Assembly: GCA_030431525.1 (NCBI GenBank)
Contig: JAUIJC010000001.1
Coordinates: 5,901 to 69,900, forward strand
DNA length: 64,000 nucleotides
Origin: Bacteroidia bacterium
Lineage (GTDB): Bacteria; Bacteroidota; Bacteroidia; Cytophagales; JAAEPT01
Direction: 5' to 3'
Position numbers and translations under genes: made by a program. Below are positions 35,270 through 44,632 of the stretch, in pieces (the stretch's first letter is position 1; the number at the start of each line of letters is the position of its first letter). Below the pieces are notes generated by a model. That model saw nothing but the letters and a program-made list of their open reading frames with translations, did no database searches and was not told the DNA's origin.

Positions 35270-36028
35270 ATGGCCCTTATCGGGAAAAACATACGAAAGA
35301 TTAGAAGCGTAAAGCAACTCAGCCAACAAGCCTTTGCAGACCTTTTTGGGGTCTCCAGAGCCTCTGTAGGCTCTTATGAGGAAGGTCGGGCTGATCCGAA
35401 AATCGACACCATCATTGCCATTGCAAATTATTTTAGCATAACTTTGGAAGAGTTCCTCACCAAGGAACTAACGGTGAACGATCTCTACCACTTTGATGTC
35501 TTTAAGGCGAAACTGGGGAAGGAGAAAAAGCCAAACACGAAGAAGCCTAACGAGAATGAAATGCCTCTTGTGACGGCTAAATTGCGCGACGAATACATCA
35601 AGAAACACCAGAACAAGGATTTCCTAATGGATTTGCCGAGCATTATGCTCCCCAAAAAGAGCAATGCGCTAAACAGGGCTTTTGAGGCAAACAAAGATTC
35701 AACGGCAGGAAATTTCAAGAAGGGCGACCTTTTGATCAGTCAGGCTATTGACTCCGAAAAGATGTTAGTCGGCCAAGTTTATGTAGTCCATACAGATGCC
35801 CGCCTCCTCTTCAGGAGGCTTTTATCCAAAACGGACGAAAACTTGGAGTTCTCCCCTGGCGATGAAAAGTCCAGAGAAATCTTGGACCAAAAAGACATCA
35901 TTGAGGCTTGGGAGGTGATTGGAAAATACACCACTGAGCTTAGGGCCAGAAAATCCCTTGAGGAAAGGGTGGCCTTGTTGGAAGAAAAGGTGAGTAAGCT
36001 GGAATTGGCTTCTACAATGAACCTATAA
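35270..36028 (+). CDS. XRE-family HTH regulator with LexA/cI-like C-terminal domain
   Basis: N-terminal IRKIRSVKQLSQQAFADLFGVSRASVGSYEEGRADPKIDTIIAIANYF (HTH_XRE). C-terminal GDLLIS...VGQVYVVHT...LLFRRL resembles the S24/LexA fold. Divergent from the psp operon. Confidence 0.65.
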   Translation: MALIGKNIRKIRSVKQLSQQAFADLFGVSRASVGSYEEGRADPKIDTIIAIANYFSITLEEFLTKELTVNDLYHFDVFKAKLGKEKKPNTKKPNENEMPLVTAKLRDEYIKKHQNKDFLMDLPSIMLPKKSNALNRAFEANKDSTAGNFKKGDLLISQAIDSEKMLVGQVYVVHTDARLLFRRLLSKTDENLEFSPGDEKSREILDQKDIIEAWEVIGKYTTELRARKSLEERVALLEEKVSKLELASTMNL

Positions 36029-36034
36029 TTCACC

Positions 36035-36433
36035 TTACTCCGTCACCATTCCCCGCTCAATGGACTGAAAGGAATGTTCTGTTGATTCTAACTTCTCAGC
36101 CAGATAATCATAGGCTTCCTGCAAACGCATATCCTCACCACAAGTGAAGATATCAACAGCTGCGTAGCCATGCTCAGGCCAGGTATGAATGGAAAGGTGA
36201 CTCTCCATCACGACCACTACTCCAGTCACTCCCATTGGGGAAAAAGGATGGAAAACGGACTTGATGACCGTGGCATTAGCAACCTCAGCTGCTTCCAAAA
36301 GAAAGGTTTCCAAACGCTCCAAATTATCGAGGGTTTGGACATTACAACCATGGAATTCAGCCAATAAATGACGCCCCAAAGGTTTAGGTAAAACGGGCAA
36401 TGACTTGTCTTTCTTGGGATTAAGTTTCGTCAT
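36035..36433 (-). CDS. speH: S-adenosylmethionine decarboxylase proenzyme (small class 1B, SpeH-type)
   Basis: GRHLLAEFHGC..., the self-cleavage site VVVMESHLSIHTWPE (E-S) and ...AVDIFTCG; 132 aa. Confidence 0.8.
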   Translation of the reverse strand: MTKLNPKKDKSLPVLPKPLGRHLLAEFHGCNVQTLDNLERLETFLLEAAEVANATVIKSVFHPFSPMGVTGVVVVMESHLSIHTWPEHGYAAVDIFTCGEDMRLQEAYDYLAEKLESTEHSFQSIERGMVTE

Positions 36434-36505
36434 TCAAGCAATTTACAAAGGAAGTGTGGCATTCTTTCTATATTTAAACTTTGGCAAACCAAAAATCTAC
36501 CATTC

Positions 36506-37060
36506 ATGGGACTATTTGATTTTTTCCGCGATAAAAAAGAGTCGGAAGACCATAAACCATCTGATCAACTAACCGTTTCTGACCTCAAAAAGGGCTACAT
36601 CATCGATTACTTCATGAAGTCTTGGGAAGTAAAGGCTTGTTATGAGTACGACTGGGGAAATAACTTTTTCTCTAAAGAATTTAAACTCGATGCTGGTGAT
36701 GAGGTGATTTACCTCAGCGTGGAAGAGGACGATGAAATCACGTTGGCGGTATCTCGTGGTGTGCCTTTGATGTCCATCGACAAAAACCTCAAGTACAACA
36801 TCATCGACCGCGACGAGCCAGGAATCCGTGAGATTGTGTACAAAGGCAAGGTCTTTTACTACAACGAATCAAGCCAAGGCATTCAGCGAGACTTGGATTA
36901 CTACAACGAACCTCACAAATTTGTGGCTTGGGAATACACGGACGAGGAGGAAAAAGAATTTATCTACATCTCTCGTTGGGGCGAAGAGGAAATCGAAGCC
37001 GCACATGGTGAGTATGTGGAAAACTATGAGTTCTCGAACATTCTACCTGTAAAACATTAA
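36506..37060 (+). CDS. hypothetical protein, possibly DUF4178
   Basis: LKKGYIIDYFMKSWEVKACYEYDWG...DEVIYLSVEEDDEITLAVSR resembles the DUF4178 pattern. Genomic context with DUF350-like, lipoprotein and AdoMetDC genes. Confidence 0.4.
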   Translation: MGLFDFFRDKKESEDHKPSDQLTVSDLKKGYIIDYFMKSWEVKACYEYDWGNNFFSKEFKLDAGDEVIYLSVEEDDEITLAVSRGVPLMSIDKNLKYNIIDRDEPGIREIVYKGKVFYYNESSQGIQRDLDYYNEPHKFVAWEYTDEEEKEFIYISRWGEEEIEAAHGEYVENYEFSNILPVKH

Positions 37061-37078
37061 CACAACCTTTTTAGGACC

Positions 37079-37828
37079 ATGAAAAAAATTGTGTCTTTCT
37101 CCCTGATGGGGATGCTGCTTTCATTAGCTTTTCTGTCATCCTGTGGTGGAGGAAAAAAGAAATACGTCAAGAGCCCTGTTGACAAACTGATCACCAAATA
37201 CAGCAACGACTCCACTTTTACCATTATCCTTCGTGATATGGATGTGGACGAGTCTGGTTGGGATCCAGTCTACAAGCACAAATACGATGTCATCCGCGTG
37301 GTGAATGACAAACCTCAAAAGGATTCCACAGGCTGGGAAAAAGTGAGTGAAGACTTCTTCTGGGAGCATGAGAAAAACCTTGGGATGGCCTTGGCTACAA
37401 AAACCGAGGACGGAAAAATCACGAAAGTTGCCTCCCCTCCAGGGTACAACAACTACGTTGGCAACAAACGTTATGGGTACTGGGACAACAGTGGATCTTG
37501 GCATTTCTTCGCCAACTACATGATGTTCAGCACCATGATGAACCTGGCGACCAGACCAATTTATCGCTACGATTATGACACCTATCGTCGTAGCTATTAT
37601 GGCAAGCGCCCATACTATGGTTCATACCAGTCTAAGCCAATCTACGGAACAAGAAGTAGCTATACGAAGGCTTCTCGTCCTAACTTCTTTACCCGTCGTT
37701 CCAGCAAAACTGGATGGTCGTCTTCAAGCCGAAGCACAGGTTATTCTGGTCGTACTTCCTCAAAAGGAACTGGCCGCTACAACAGCAGCCGCAGCTACCG
37801 TTCAAGCGGTGGTGGATACGGAAAATAA
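37079..37828 (+). CDS. lipoprotein with Y/R/S-rich low-complexity C-terminal tail (possibly DUF1190/YjfM-like)
   Basis: Signal peptide plus lipobox (LAFLSSC). A globular ~150-aa region is followed by a ~90-aa tail rich in Y, R, S and G. Confidence 0.55.
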   Translation: MKKIVSFSLMGMLLSLAFLSSCGGGKKKYVKSPVDKLITKYSNDSTFTIILRDMDVDESGWDPVYKHKYDVIRVVNDKPQKDSTGWEKVSEDFFWEHEKNLGMALATKTEDGKITKVASPPGYNNYVGNKRYGYWDNSGSWHFFANYMMFSTMMNLATRPIYRYDYDTYRRSYYGKRPYYGSYQSKPIYGTRSSYTKASRPNFFTRRSSKTGWSSSSRSTGYSGRTSSKGTGRYNSSRSYRSSGGGYGK

Positions 37829-37923
37829 TTCCGTCATACCAACAAGAAAAGGTTCACATCATACAGGTGTGAACCTTTTTTTATACCTTCCGTTCTAACC
37901 TGAAGTTTTAACCTTACTGTTTT

Positions 37924-38826
37924 ATGGACTTTTCTTCAATCAATGAAGCCATCAATAAACTCCCCTTTGGAGGGATGATTGTATCAGTTGCCACCTCCAT
38001 CATCTTGGGACTCCTCTTGCTCTGGATAGGAAAGGCTGTTTTTGGCTTGTTTCACAGGAATGTCAACATCAACCACGAATTGGTTGAAAAGGATAACCTT
38101 GCTTTCTCCATCACCTACGTGGGCTATTTTGTAGGTCTGCTAATGTGTATTGGTGGAGTTCTTGTGGGGGAGTCGCATGGCTTTGTGGAGGATATTATTG
38201 CCATCCTAAGTTTTGGAACCTTGGGTATCCTACTTCTCAATGTCTCACAGATCATCAATGACAAATTTGTCTTGAACCAATTCTCCATTAAGGAGGAGGT
38301 TATTAACGAACAAAACATTGGCACTGCAATATTGGTTGCCGCGCACTCTTTGGCTGTAGGATTTGTCGTAATGGGCGCCATCACAGGCGAAGGAGGAAGC
38401 ATTCTTACCACCTTAGGCATTTGGGCAATCTCCCAAGTGTTATTGATTATCACCACAAAGGCTTACAGCATCTTCATTCCTTACAACCTTCATGAGGAAG
38501 TAAAAAATCAGAATGTAGCCGTAGCCCTCGGAGCCGCTGGAGCAACCATCGCTGTTGGTTATCTGATTAACTTCAGCACACAAGACAACTTCGAAAGCTG
38601 GGGATTCATGCTATTGACCTTGGCCGAATACACAGGTGCGGCCTTGGTCGTGCTTCCTATTGTACGATGGGCAGCAGACAAAACATTGCTTCCAGGCAGG
38701 AACTTGACGGATGAATTGGTCAATCAGGAAGTCCCCAATGTGGGAGCTGGCCTAGTGGAAGCCTTCGCTTATTTAGGAGGAGCAATATTGGTCAGCTGGG
38801 CACTAATGGGAATGGGAGGTTTTTAA
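37924..38826 (+). CDS. polytopic membrane protein with three internal repeats (DUF350-like)
   Basis: Three repeats of ~ELV..N.A......G.......G....G with TM helices (HELVEKDNLAFSITYVGYFVG; HEEVKNQNVAVALGAAGATIAVG; TDELVNQEVPNVGAGLVEAFAYLGG). Confidence 0.45.
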   Translation: MDFSSINEAINKLPFGGMIVSVATSIILGLLLLWIGKAVFGLFHRNVNINHELVEKDNLAFSITYVGYFVGLLMCIGGVLVGESHGFVEDIIAILSFGTLGILLLNVSQIINDKFVLNQFSIKEEVINEQNIGTAILVAAHSLAVGFVVMGAITGEGGSILTTLGIWAISQVLLIITTKAYSIFIPYNLHEEVKNQNVAVALGAAGATIAVGYLINFSTQDNFESWGFMLLTLAEYTGAALVVLPIVRWAADKTLLPGRNLTDELVNQEVPNVGAGLVEAFAYLGGAILVSWALMGMGGF

Positions 38827-38846
38827 CCTCCCATTTTTCTTTCTAC

Positions 38847-39926
38847 CTACTTAGGCAACTTCTTATATAGAATAAAGCTGATTCCAATAAAAACAAGGTT
38901 CGGAATCCATGCACTAAGAAGCGGGTGAATGGTTTGGTCCATCGTAAAACTTCGCCCCACCAGTAGAAAAATCACATAAATAAAGGCGAGGATAAGCCCA
39001 AAGACAATCTGAAGGCCAACCCCTTCCCTACTTTTCCGACCAGACACTATTACTGCCAAACAGGTCAAAATAATCACAGCAAAGGGATAGGTGTATCGCT
39101 CGTATTTTTCAATCTCAAACACCTCAACGCCTTCCGTTCCCTTAATCCTCATATCCTCAATATGAGCATCCAGCTCTGGCAATGTGAGCTGTTCATTCAT
39201 CTTATATTGAGTCTGGAAATCGTTTGGCGTGATTGGCAAAGTGGTGTCCATACCCTTGCCATAGATCAATTCTTCCTCTTGGGTGGCAGGATCAAAAGTC
39301 CTCAGAACATATTCATCCACCAACCACTTGCCATTTGTCGTATCCCATTTGACCGTCTCGGCAGTTAGTTTAGCCACCACATCCTTTCCCTCCATTTTCT
39401 CCAGACAGAACTTACTTCCTTCCTGTCTCCGAGGGTTGTAGGAATAGAGATAGGCGTAGGTATCTGAGGAAATTCGTCGGTGAATATTCTTCCCCTCGAA
39501 GTCCACATTCTTCAGATAGGCCATCTCAAAGGCCACTCGAATCTTATTGGACTTTGGAATAATCCACCCCTGCAACAGAAAAATGCTTATCCCTAAGACA
39601 ATCGCACCTTTCACATAGGACCACAGAATCCTCTTGAAACTCATTCCACTACTTAACATCGCCACGATCTCTGTATGAGATGCAAGGTTGGAAGTGACAA
39701 GAATGGTGGAAATGAAGATAGTAATCGGACTCAGGAAAACCGCCAGGTATGGAACGAAGTTGAGATAAAACTCCCCGAAAATCTGCCCCATGGTCAACTG
39801 GTGCTCCATGAAGTCATCATTCTTCTCCGTGTAATCAACGGCAACAATGATAAGCAACAGGGCAAACACCGTGAACAGGTAGGTTCCCAAATATTTCTTA
39901 AGAATATATCGGTCAAGGAGTTTCAT
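38847..39926 (-). CDS. LptF/LptG-family (YjgP/YjgQ) permease
   Basis: MKLLDRYILKKYLGTYLFTVFALLLIIVAV is a typical LptF/G N-terminus. 359 aa with 6 TM helices and a periplasmic beta-jellyroll. Confidence 0.75.
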   Translation of the reverse strand: MKLLDRYILKKYLGTYLFTVFALLLIIVAVDYTEKNDDFMEHQLTMGQIFGEFYLNFVPYLAVFLSPITIFISTILVTSNLASHTEIVAMLSSGMSFKRILWSYVKGAIVLGISIFLLQGWIIPKSNKIRVAFEMAYLKNVDFEGKNIHRRISSDTYAYLYSYNPRRQEGSKFCLEKMEGKDVVAKLTAETVKWDTTNGKWLVDEYVLRTFDPATQEEELIYGKGMDTTLPITPNDFQTQYKMNEQLTLPELDAHIEDMRIKGTEGVEVFEIEKYERYTYPFAVIILTCLAVIVSGRKSREGVGLQIVFGLILAFIYVIFLLVGRSFTMDQTIHPLLSAWIPNLVFIGISFILYKKLPK

Positions 39927-39955
39927 TCAATCGGATCAAAACGCGATCATCAAAT

Positions 39956-41086
39956 TTACAAACGCTGGGACACACGTGGCACCATCATGTCCTTCCACTC
40001 ACGGAATGTTCCAGCCAAAATCTGTTTCCGAGCTTCCCTGACCAACCACAAATAGAAGGTCAAGTTATGCACGCTGGCGATCTGAGCACCCAACATCTCC
40101 TTGCTGTGAATCAAGTGGCGAAGGTATCCCTTTGTATAAAAAGTGCTTGCATAACCTCCCAACTCCGCATCAATCGGAGAGAAATCATCTGCCCACTTCT
40201 TGTTTCGGATATTGATAATTCCCTGAGTAGTGAACAACATGCCATTTCGAGCATTTCGCGTTGGCATCACACAGTCAAACATATCCACACCAAGCGCAAT
40301 ACATTCCAAGATGTTTGCAGGCGTACCAACACCCATCAAATATCGAGGCTTATCTTCAGGCAATACATCGCAGACCAAATCGGTCATCTCATAGAGCATC
40401 TCGGCTGGCTCACCCACCGACAATCCGCCAATGGCATTCGCCTCCCTTCCTGCTTCCGCAATCGCCTCTGCAGACTGAACCCTCAAATCCTTGTAAACAC
40501 TGCCCTGAACAATCGGCAACAAGGTCTGATTATACCCATACTTACCTTCCGTGCTATCAAAGCGGTCACAACAACGCTTCAACCAACGATGGGTCATTTC
40601 CATCGACTGCTTGGCATAGCTGTAATCACAAGGAAAGGGTGTGCATTCATCAAACGCCATAATAAGGTCAGCACCAATACTGCGCTGAATATCCATGACA
40701 TTCTCTGGGGTGAAATGATGACGGGAACCGTCAATATGAGATTGGAAAACCACGCCATCCTCCTTGATTTTCCTTGTTCCAGACAAGGAATAAACTTGGT
40801 AGCCACCGCTATCCGTCAAAATCGGGCGGTCCCAACCATTGAATTTATGAAGACCACCAGCCTTTTCCAGCGTATCCAGACCTGGACGTAGATAAAGGTG
40901 GTAGGTATTCCCTAATATGATGTCGGCGTTGATATCCTCCTTGAGTTCACGTTGGTGAACAGCCTTTACGCTACCAGCCGTACCCACAGGCATAAAAATC
41001 GGCGTCTCAATCTTACCGTGATCGGTCTCTATCACCCCTGCCCTTGCCTTGGACTGCGGGTCTTTCGCTTTCATCTCGAACTTCAT
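39956..41086 (-). CDS. tgt: queuine tRNA-ribosyltransferase
   Basis: ARAGVIETDHGKIETPIFMPVGTAGSVKA..., a Zn-binding CxCxxC...H near the C-terminus, 376 aa. Confidence 0.9.
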   Translation of the reverse strand: MKFEMKAKDPQSKARAGVIETDHGKIETPIFMPVGTAGSVKAVHQRELKEDINADIILGNTYHLYLRPGLDTLEKAGGLHKFNGWDRPILTDSGGYQVYSLSGTRKIKEDGVVFQSHIDGSRHHFTPENVMDIQRSIGADLIMAFDECTPFPCDYSYAKQSMEMTHRWLKRCCDRFDSTEGKYGYNQTLLPIVQGSVYKDLRVQSAEAIAEAGREANAIGGLSVGEPAEMLYEMTDLVCDVLPEDKPRYLMGVGTPANILECIALGVDMFDCVMPTRNARNGMLFTTQGIINIRNKKWADDFSPIDAELGGYASTFYTKGYLRHLIHSKEMLGAQIASVHNLTFYLWLVREARKQILAGTFREWKDMMVPRVSQRL

Positions 41087-41160
41087 AGATGCAAGTTACC
41101 GAATTTGCTCGGAAGCCCATTACTGGTTTTTAGCCCAAAGAAGTTAGAAATTACGGTCAA

Positions 41161-42285
41161 ATGACAACTCCGCTTTTGGTATCCCTCCTTTTTGGTTTTT
41201 TAGTTCTTCTTCTTGGTTTGCAGACCTTCTTTCAGATTTGCATCCTAAGACCCTTGATTTCAGCTGATTCAGCTAAATCAAAGAAGGTTTCAGAATCGGT
41301 TTCCATTGTAATTTGCGCCCACAACGAAGCGGAAAACCTAAAGCAGTTTCTCCCCTCTATCCTCAAACAGGATTATCCCCATTTTGAAGTCATTGTGGTC
41401 AATGACCGTTCAAAGGACAATTCCATTGAAATTTTGGAGAAGTTCCAGTCTCCAAATCTTACCACAGTACATATCAATGAAGTTCCCAAAGGGTTCAACC
41501 CAAAAAAGTATGCCCTGAAAGAGGGAATCAAAAAGGCTCAAAACGACATTATTCTTCTCACAGACGCTGATTGCCGTCCAAACTCTCCTTTTTGGATTCA
41601 GGAGATAGCAAACCACCTCGGCACTGAAAAAGACATTGTTCTGGGTTACTCTCCCTATTTGACGACTGACACCACCGTCAATACCTTAATTCAGTTTGAC
41701 ACCCTTTATACCGCTTCACTTTACTTTTCATTTGCCAATGCAGGCTATCCCTACATGGGAGTGGGAAGAAATTTGATGTACAGGAGAAAAATTTTTGAAA
41801 AAAATTCAGCCTTCGAAAAGTACAAAAATACCACTGGTGGTGATGACGATTTAATCATCAATGCTGTTGCAAACCAACGTAATACAAGCATTTGCCTACA
41901 CCCCAATTCCTTTGTCGCCTCTGTTCCAAAAAACACGCTAAAAGGCTGGATCACCCAGAAGCAACGACACCTTTCGGTGGGAAAACATTACACCACTAAA
42001 ACGCTTTTATTACTGGGCCTTCAAAGCCTAAGCTCCCTTCAAATTCCTTTAGCTATTGTGGCTTTGGCCTTGCTTCCCTATCCCTTCAAGGGGATTTCCC
42101 TACTTTTCCTATTTAGTTACTTCTACCGTATCAGCCTCCTTAAGCAAATCAACAACCGCCTAAAAGGCACATTGTCATGGGGGTCCATTTTCCTATGTGA
42201 TATTTTTTACCCGCTGGGTCAATTCAGTCTGGGATTCCTCTCGTTTTTCAAGCGGAGGATAAGGTGGGAACAAAACCAACAATAA
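41161..42285 (+). CDS. family 2 glycosyltransferase with C-terminal membrane segments
   Basis: SIVICAHNEAENL...EVIVVNDRSKDNS is a GT2 signature. DAD motif (LLTDADC). C-terminal TM helices. Confidence 0.8.
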   Translation: MTTPLLVSLLFGFLVLLLGLQTFFQICILRPLISADSAKSKKVSESVSIVICAHNEAENLKQFLPSILKQDYPHFEVIVVNDRSKDNSIEILEKFQSPNLTTVHINEVPKGFNPKKYALKEGIKKAQNDIILLTDADCRPNSPFWIQEIANHLGTEKDIVLGYSPYLTTDTTVNTLIQFDTLYTASLYFSFANAGYPYMGVGRNLMYRRKIFEKNSAFEKYKNTTGGDDDLIINAVANQRNTSICLHPNSFVASVPKNTLKGWITQKQRHLSVGKHYTTKTLLLLGLQSLSSLQIPLAIVALALLPYPFKGISLLFLFSYFYRISLLKQINNRLKGTLSWGSIFLCDIFYPLGQFSLGFLSFFKRRIRWEQNQQ

Positions 42286-42496
42286 CCTTTCCCTCAGTCC
42301 ATGCGTAAAATTTTTGTCCACCTAAACCACTAAAACGCAAGGACCTATGGACTCATACCAATTGATTTTCAAGAGTTTATTCTCTAACATTGGAAACTGG
42401 TATTTTTTGACAGAGGGCTCTTCAATTGATTCCACATAAGGACTTCTAATTATCCGAAGAGCTTTTACACCTCATACTTTTTAACCAGCTATTACT

Positions 42497-43102
42497 ATGG
42501 AACAACGGAAAAAATTCTCCCAGAAAGCTCAAGAAGACTTTCTATTGGTCAATTCGGCCAAAGAGGGAGATCATACCGCCTTCAATAAATTGTACTCACG
42601 TTACCAAAAACCTGTTTACCACATGATCCTTAAGATGGTGAAGGATCCATGTGAAGCCGAGGACCGCACAAGCGAAGCCTTTGCAAAGGCTTTTGATAAA
42701 ATCCAGAAGTTCAATCCAGACTACACCTTTAGCACTTGGCTTTTCCGAATTGCCACGAACAACGCCATCGACTGGATTCGCAAGAAAAAACTGGAAACTC
42801 AAAGCCTCAACTCCACTTACACGGACGATAATGGGGAGAACGTTGGGCTGGACGTAAAAGATGACGGTATGGACCCAGAACATATCGCCATCAAACAGCA
42901 ACGGGCAGAAATTGTCCGAAAGCTTGTCACACGACTACCAGACAAGTACCAAGAACTCGTTAGGCTCAGGTATTTCAAGGAATTGTCCTATGCGGAAATT
43001 TCAGACCAACTGAACGCCCCTCTTGGAACAGTTAAAGCACAACTCCACAGAGCCCGTGAATTGCTCATGGATCTCCTAAAACACAGAAAAAGTGGCATCT
43101 AA
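42497..43102 (+). CDS. ECF-type sigma-70 family RNA polymerase sigma factor
   Basis: Region 2 (FSTWLFRIATNNAIDWIRKK) and region 4 HTH (LSYAEISDQLNAPLGTVKAQLHRAR). Confidence 0.8.
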   Translation: MEQRKKFSQKAQEDFLLVNSAKEGDHTAFNKLYSRYQKPVYHMILKMVKDPCEAEDRTSEAFAKAFDKIQKFNPDYTFSTWLFRIATNNAIDWIRKKKLETQSLNSTYTDDNGENVGLDVKDDGMDPEHIAIKQQRAEIVRKLVTRLPDKYQELVRLRYFKELSYAEISDQLNAPLGTVKAQLHRARELLMDLLKHRKSGI

Positions 43103-43237
43103 CCTCTACTAAATCAAGGACATGAAAAAATATCCTTTTTCATGTCCTTTAGTTTACAAAGCCATGGTACTGGCACAGTAATCGCTTATCAGTCAGCGAC
43201 TTTTATTTTTTCCTTCACTAACCTAAATTTTTTGCTT

Positions 43238-43831
43238 ATGCGCCAATCTACACGCACCAAAGAAGATTTTTTGCTCATCAAGCAAGCACAAGAGGGCAAC
43301 GAGCGCTCTTTCCACAAGTTTTACAACAAGTATGAAAAATCTGTTTTTCATACCATCCTGAAAATGGTGAAGTCCACTGAAGACGCTGAAGACTTGACTT
43401 GCGAGGTGTTTACCAAAGCTTGGAAAAACCTTTCTAAGTTCAACCCTGAGTACGCCCCTACCACTTGGCTATTTAGGATTGCCAGTAACCACGCCATCGA
43501 CTTTATTAGGAAGAGACGTCTCCAAACCATCAGCATCCACTCAGGAGTAAATAATAGCGATGGTGAGAGCATCTACCTTGACATTGAATGCGACAATCCA
43601 GATCCAGAGGCTTTGGCAATTACCAAGCAACGCGCAGACCTTCTGTTTAACATTGTAGCACAGCTTCCTCAGGATGACCAAGAGCTTATCTTGTCGCGAT
43701 ACTACAACGAGCTTTCCTACAAGGAAATCGCTGAGGAGCGCACGAAGCCATTAGGAACCATCAAGGCTCAACTCCACCGAGCACGTAAAAACCTTGGAGT
43801 AATCTTGGAGGCTCATCAGGCCATGCTTTAA
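43238..43831 (+). CDS. ECF-type sigma-70 family sigma factor (tandem paralog)
   Basis: Collinear with the preceding sigma factor at roughly 45-50% identity by eye (TTWLFRIASNHAIDFIRKRR; LSYKEIAEERTKPLGTIKAQLHRAR). Start placed at the internal ATG. Confidence 0.75.
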   Translation: MRQSTRTKEDFLLIKQAQEGNERSFHKFYNKYEKSVFHTILKMVKSTEDAEDLTCEVFTKAWKNLSKFNPEYAPTTWLFRIASNHAIDFIRKRRLQTISIHSGVNNSDGESIYLDIECDNPDPEALAITKQRADLLFNIVAQLPQDDQELILSRYYNELSYKEIAEERTKPLGTIKAQLHRARKNLGVILEAHQAML

Positions 43832-43888
43832 GCGCAATCCATCAATTCTTTAAAAGACCTGTCTTGGCAGGTCTTTTTTTGTGTATTT

Positions 43889-44554
43889 TTGTCGCCCACT
43901 TCCCAAATCACGGGCTATATGAATGACGGTACCAAACTGATAAAGGAACACTTCCCTGACCTGACACCAAGTCAAATTGAAAAATTTGATCAGCTTGGGG
44001 ATCTCTACAAAGAATGGAATGAGAAGGTTAATGTGATTTCACGAAAAGACATTGACCAATTATATACTCGTCACATTCTACATTCCTTGGGGATTGCCAA
44101 ATTCATCCAATTCAAACCCATGACGGAGATATTGGATGTTGGTACTGGCGGAGGCTTTCCTGGCATTCCACTGGCAATCATGTTCCCTGAGTGTAGGTTC
44201 CATTTGGTGGATTCCATTGGCAAGAAAATTTTGGTCGTCAAAGAGGTTGCTAAGGCATTAGGACTTGATAATGTCGTTGCAGAGCAGGTTCGAGCTGAAA
44301 CCATTGACAACCAATACGATTTTGTGGTGAGTAGGGCCGTAACCCGCATGTCCCGCTTCTTGGGCTGGGTTAAAAACAAAATTCATAAGAACCATTGCAA
44401 CGACTTGTCCAATGGTATTGTTTACCTAAAAGGCGGTGACTTGGAAGAAGAGATGAAAGAGGCTGGCCGAAAGTACGTAAGCAAGGACCTTTCGGACTAT
44501 TTTGAAGATGAATTCTTCGAAACCAAAAAGGTCGTCTATCTTCCCTTTAAGTAA
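43889..44554 (+). CDS. rsmG: 16S rRNA (guanine527-N7)-methyltransferase RsmG
   Basis: LDVGTGGGFPGIPLAIMFPE...HLVDSIGKK SAM-binding motif of the GidB family. Confidence 0.8.
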   Translation: MSPTSQITGYMNDGTKLIKEHFPDLTPSQIEKFDQLGDLYKEWNEKVNVISRKDIDQLYTRHILHSLGIAKFIQFKPMTEILDVGTGGGFPGIPLAIMFPECRFHLVDSIGKKILVVKEVAKALGLDNVVAEQVRAETIDNQYDFVVSRAVTRMSRFLGWVKNKIHKNHCNDLSNGIVYLKGGDLEEEMKEAGRKYVSKDLSDYFEDEFFETKKVVYLPFK

Positions 44555-44632
44555 ATTAAGGAGGAACGGCTATGCACTTCCTCCCTAAATAGCGTAGATT
44601 TAATTATCGTTTCACCTTAAACGAATCAGACT

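Noticed and set aside
40067-40891. 274-aa plus-strand ORF
   Set aside because: Antisense within tgt, which is unambiguous.
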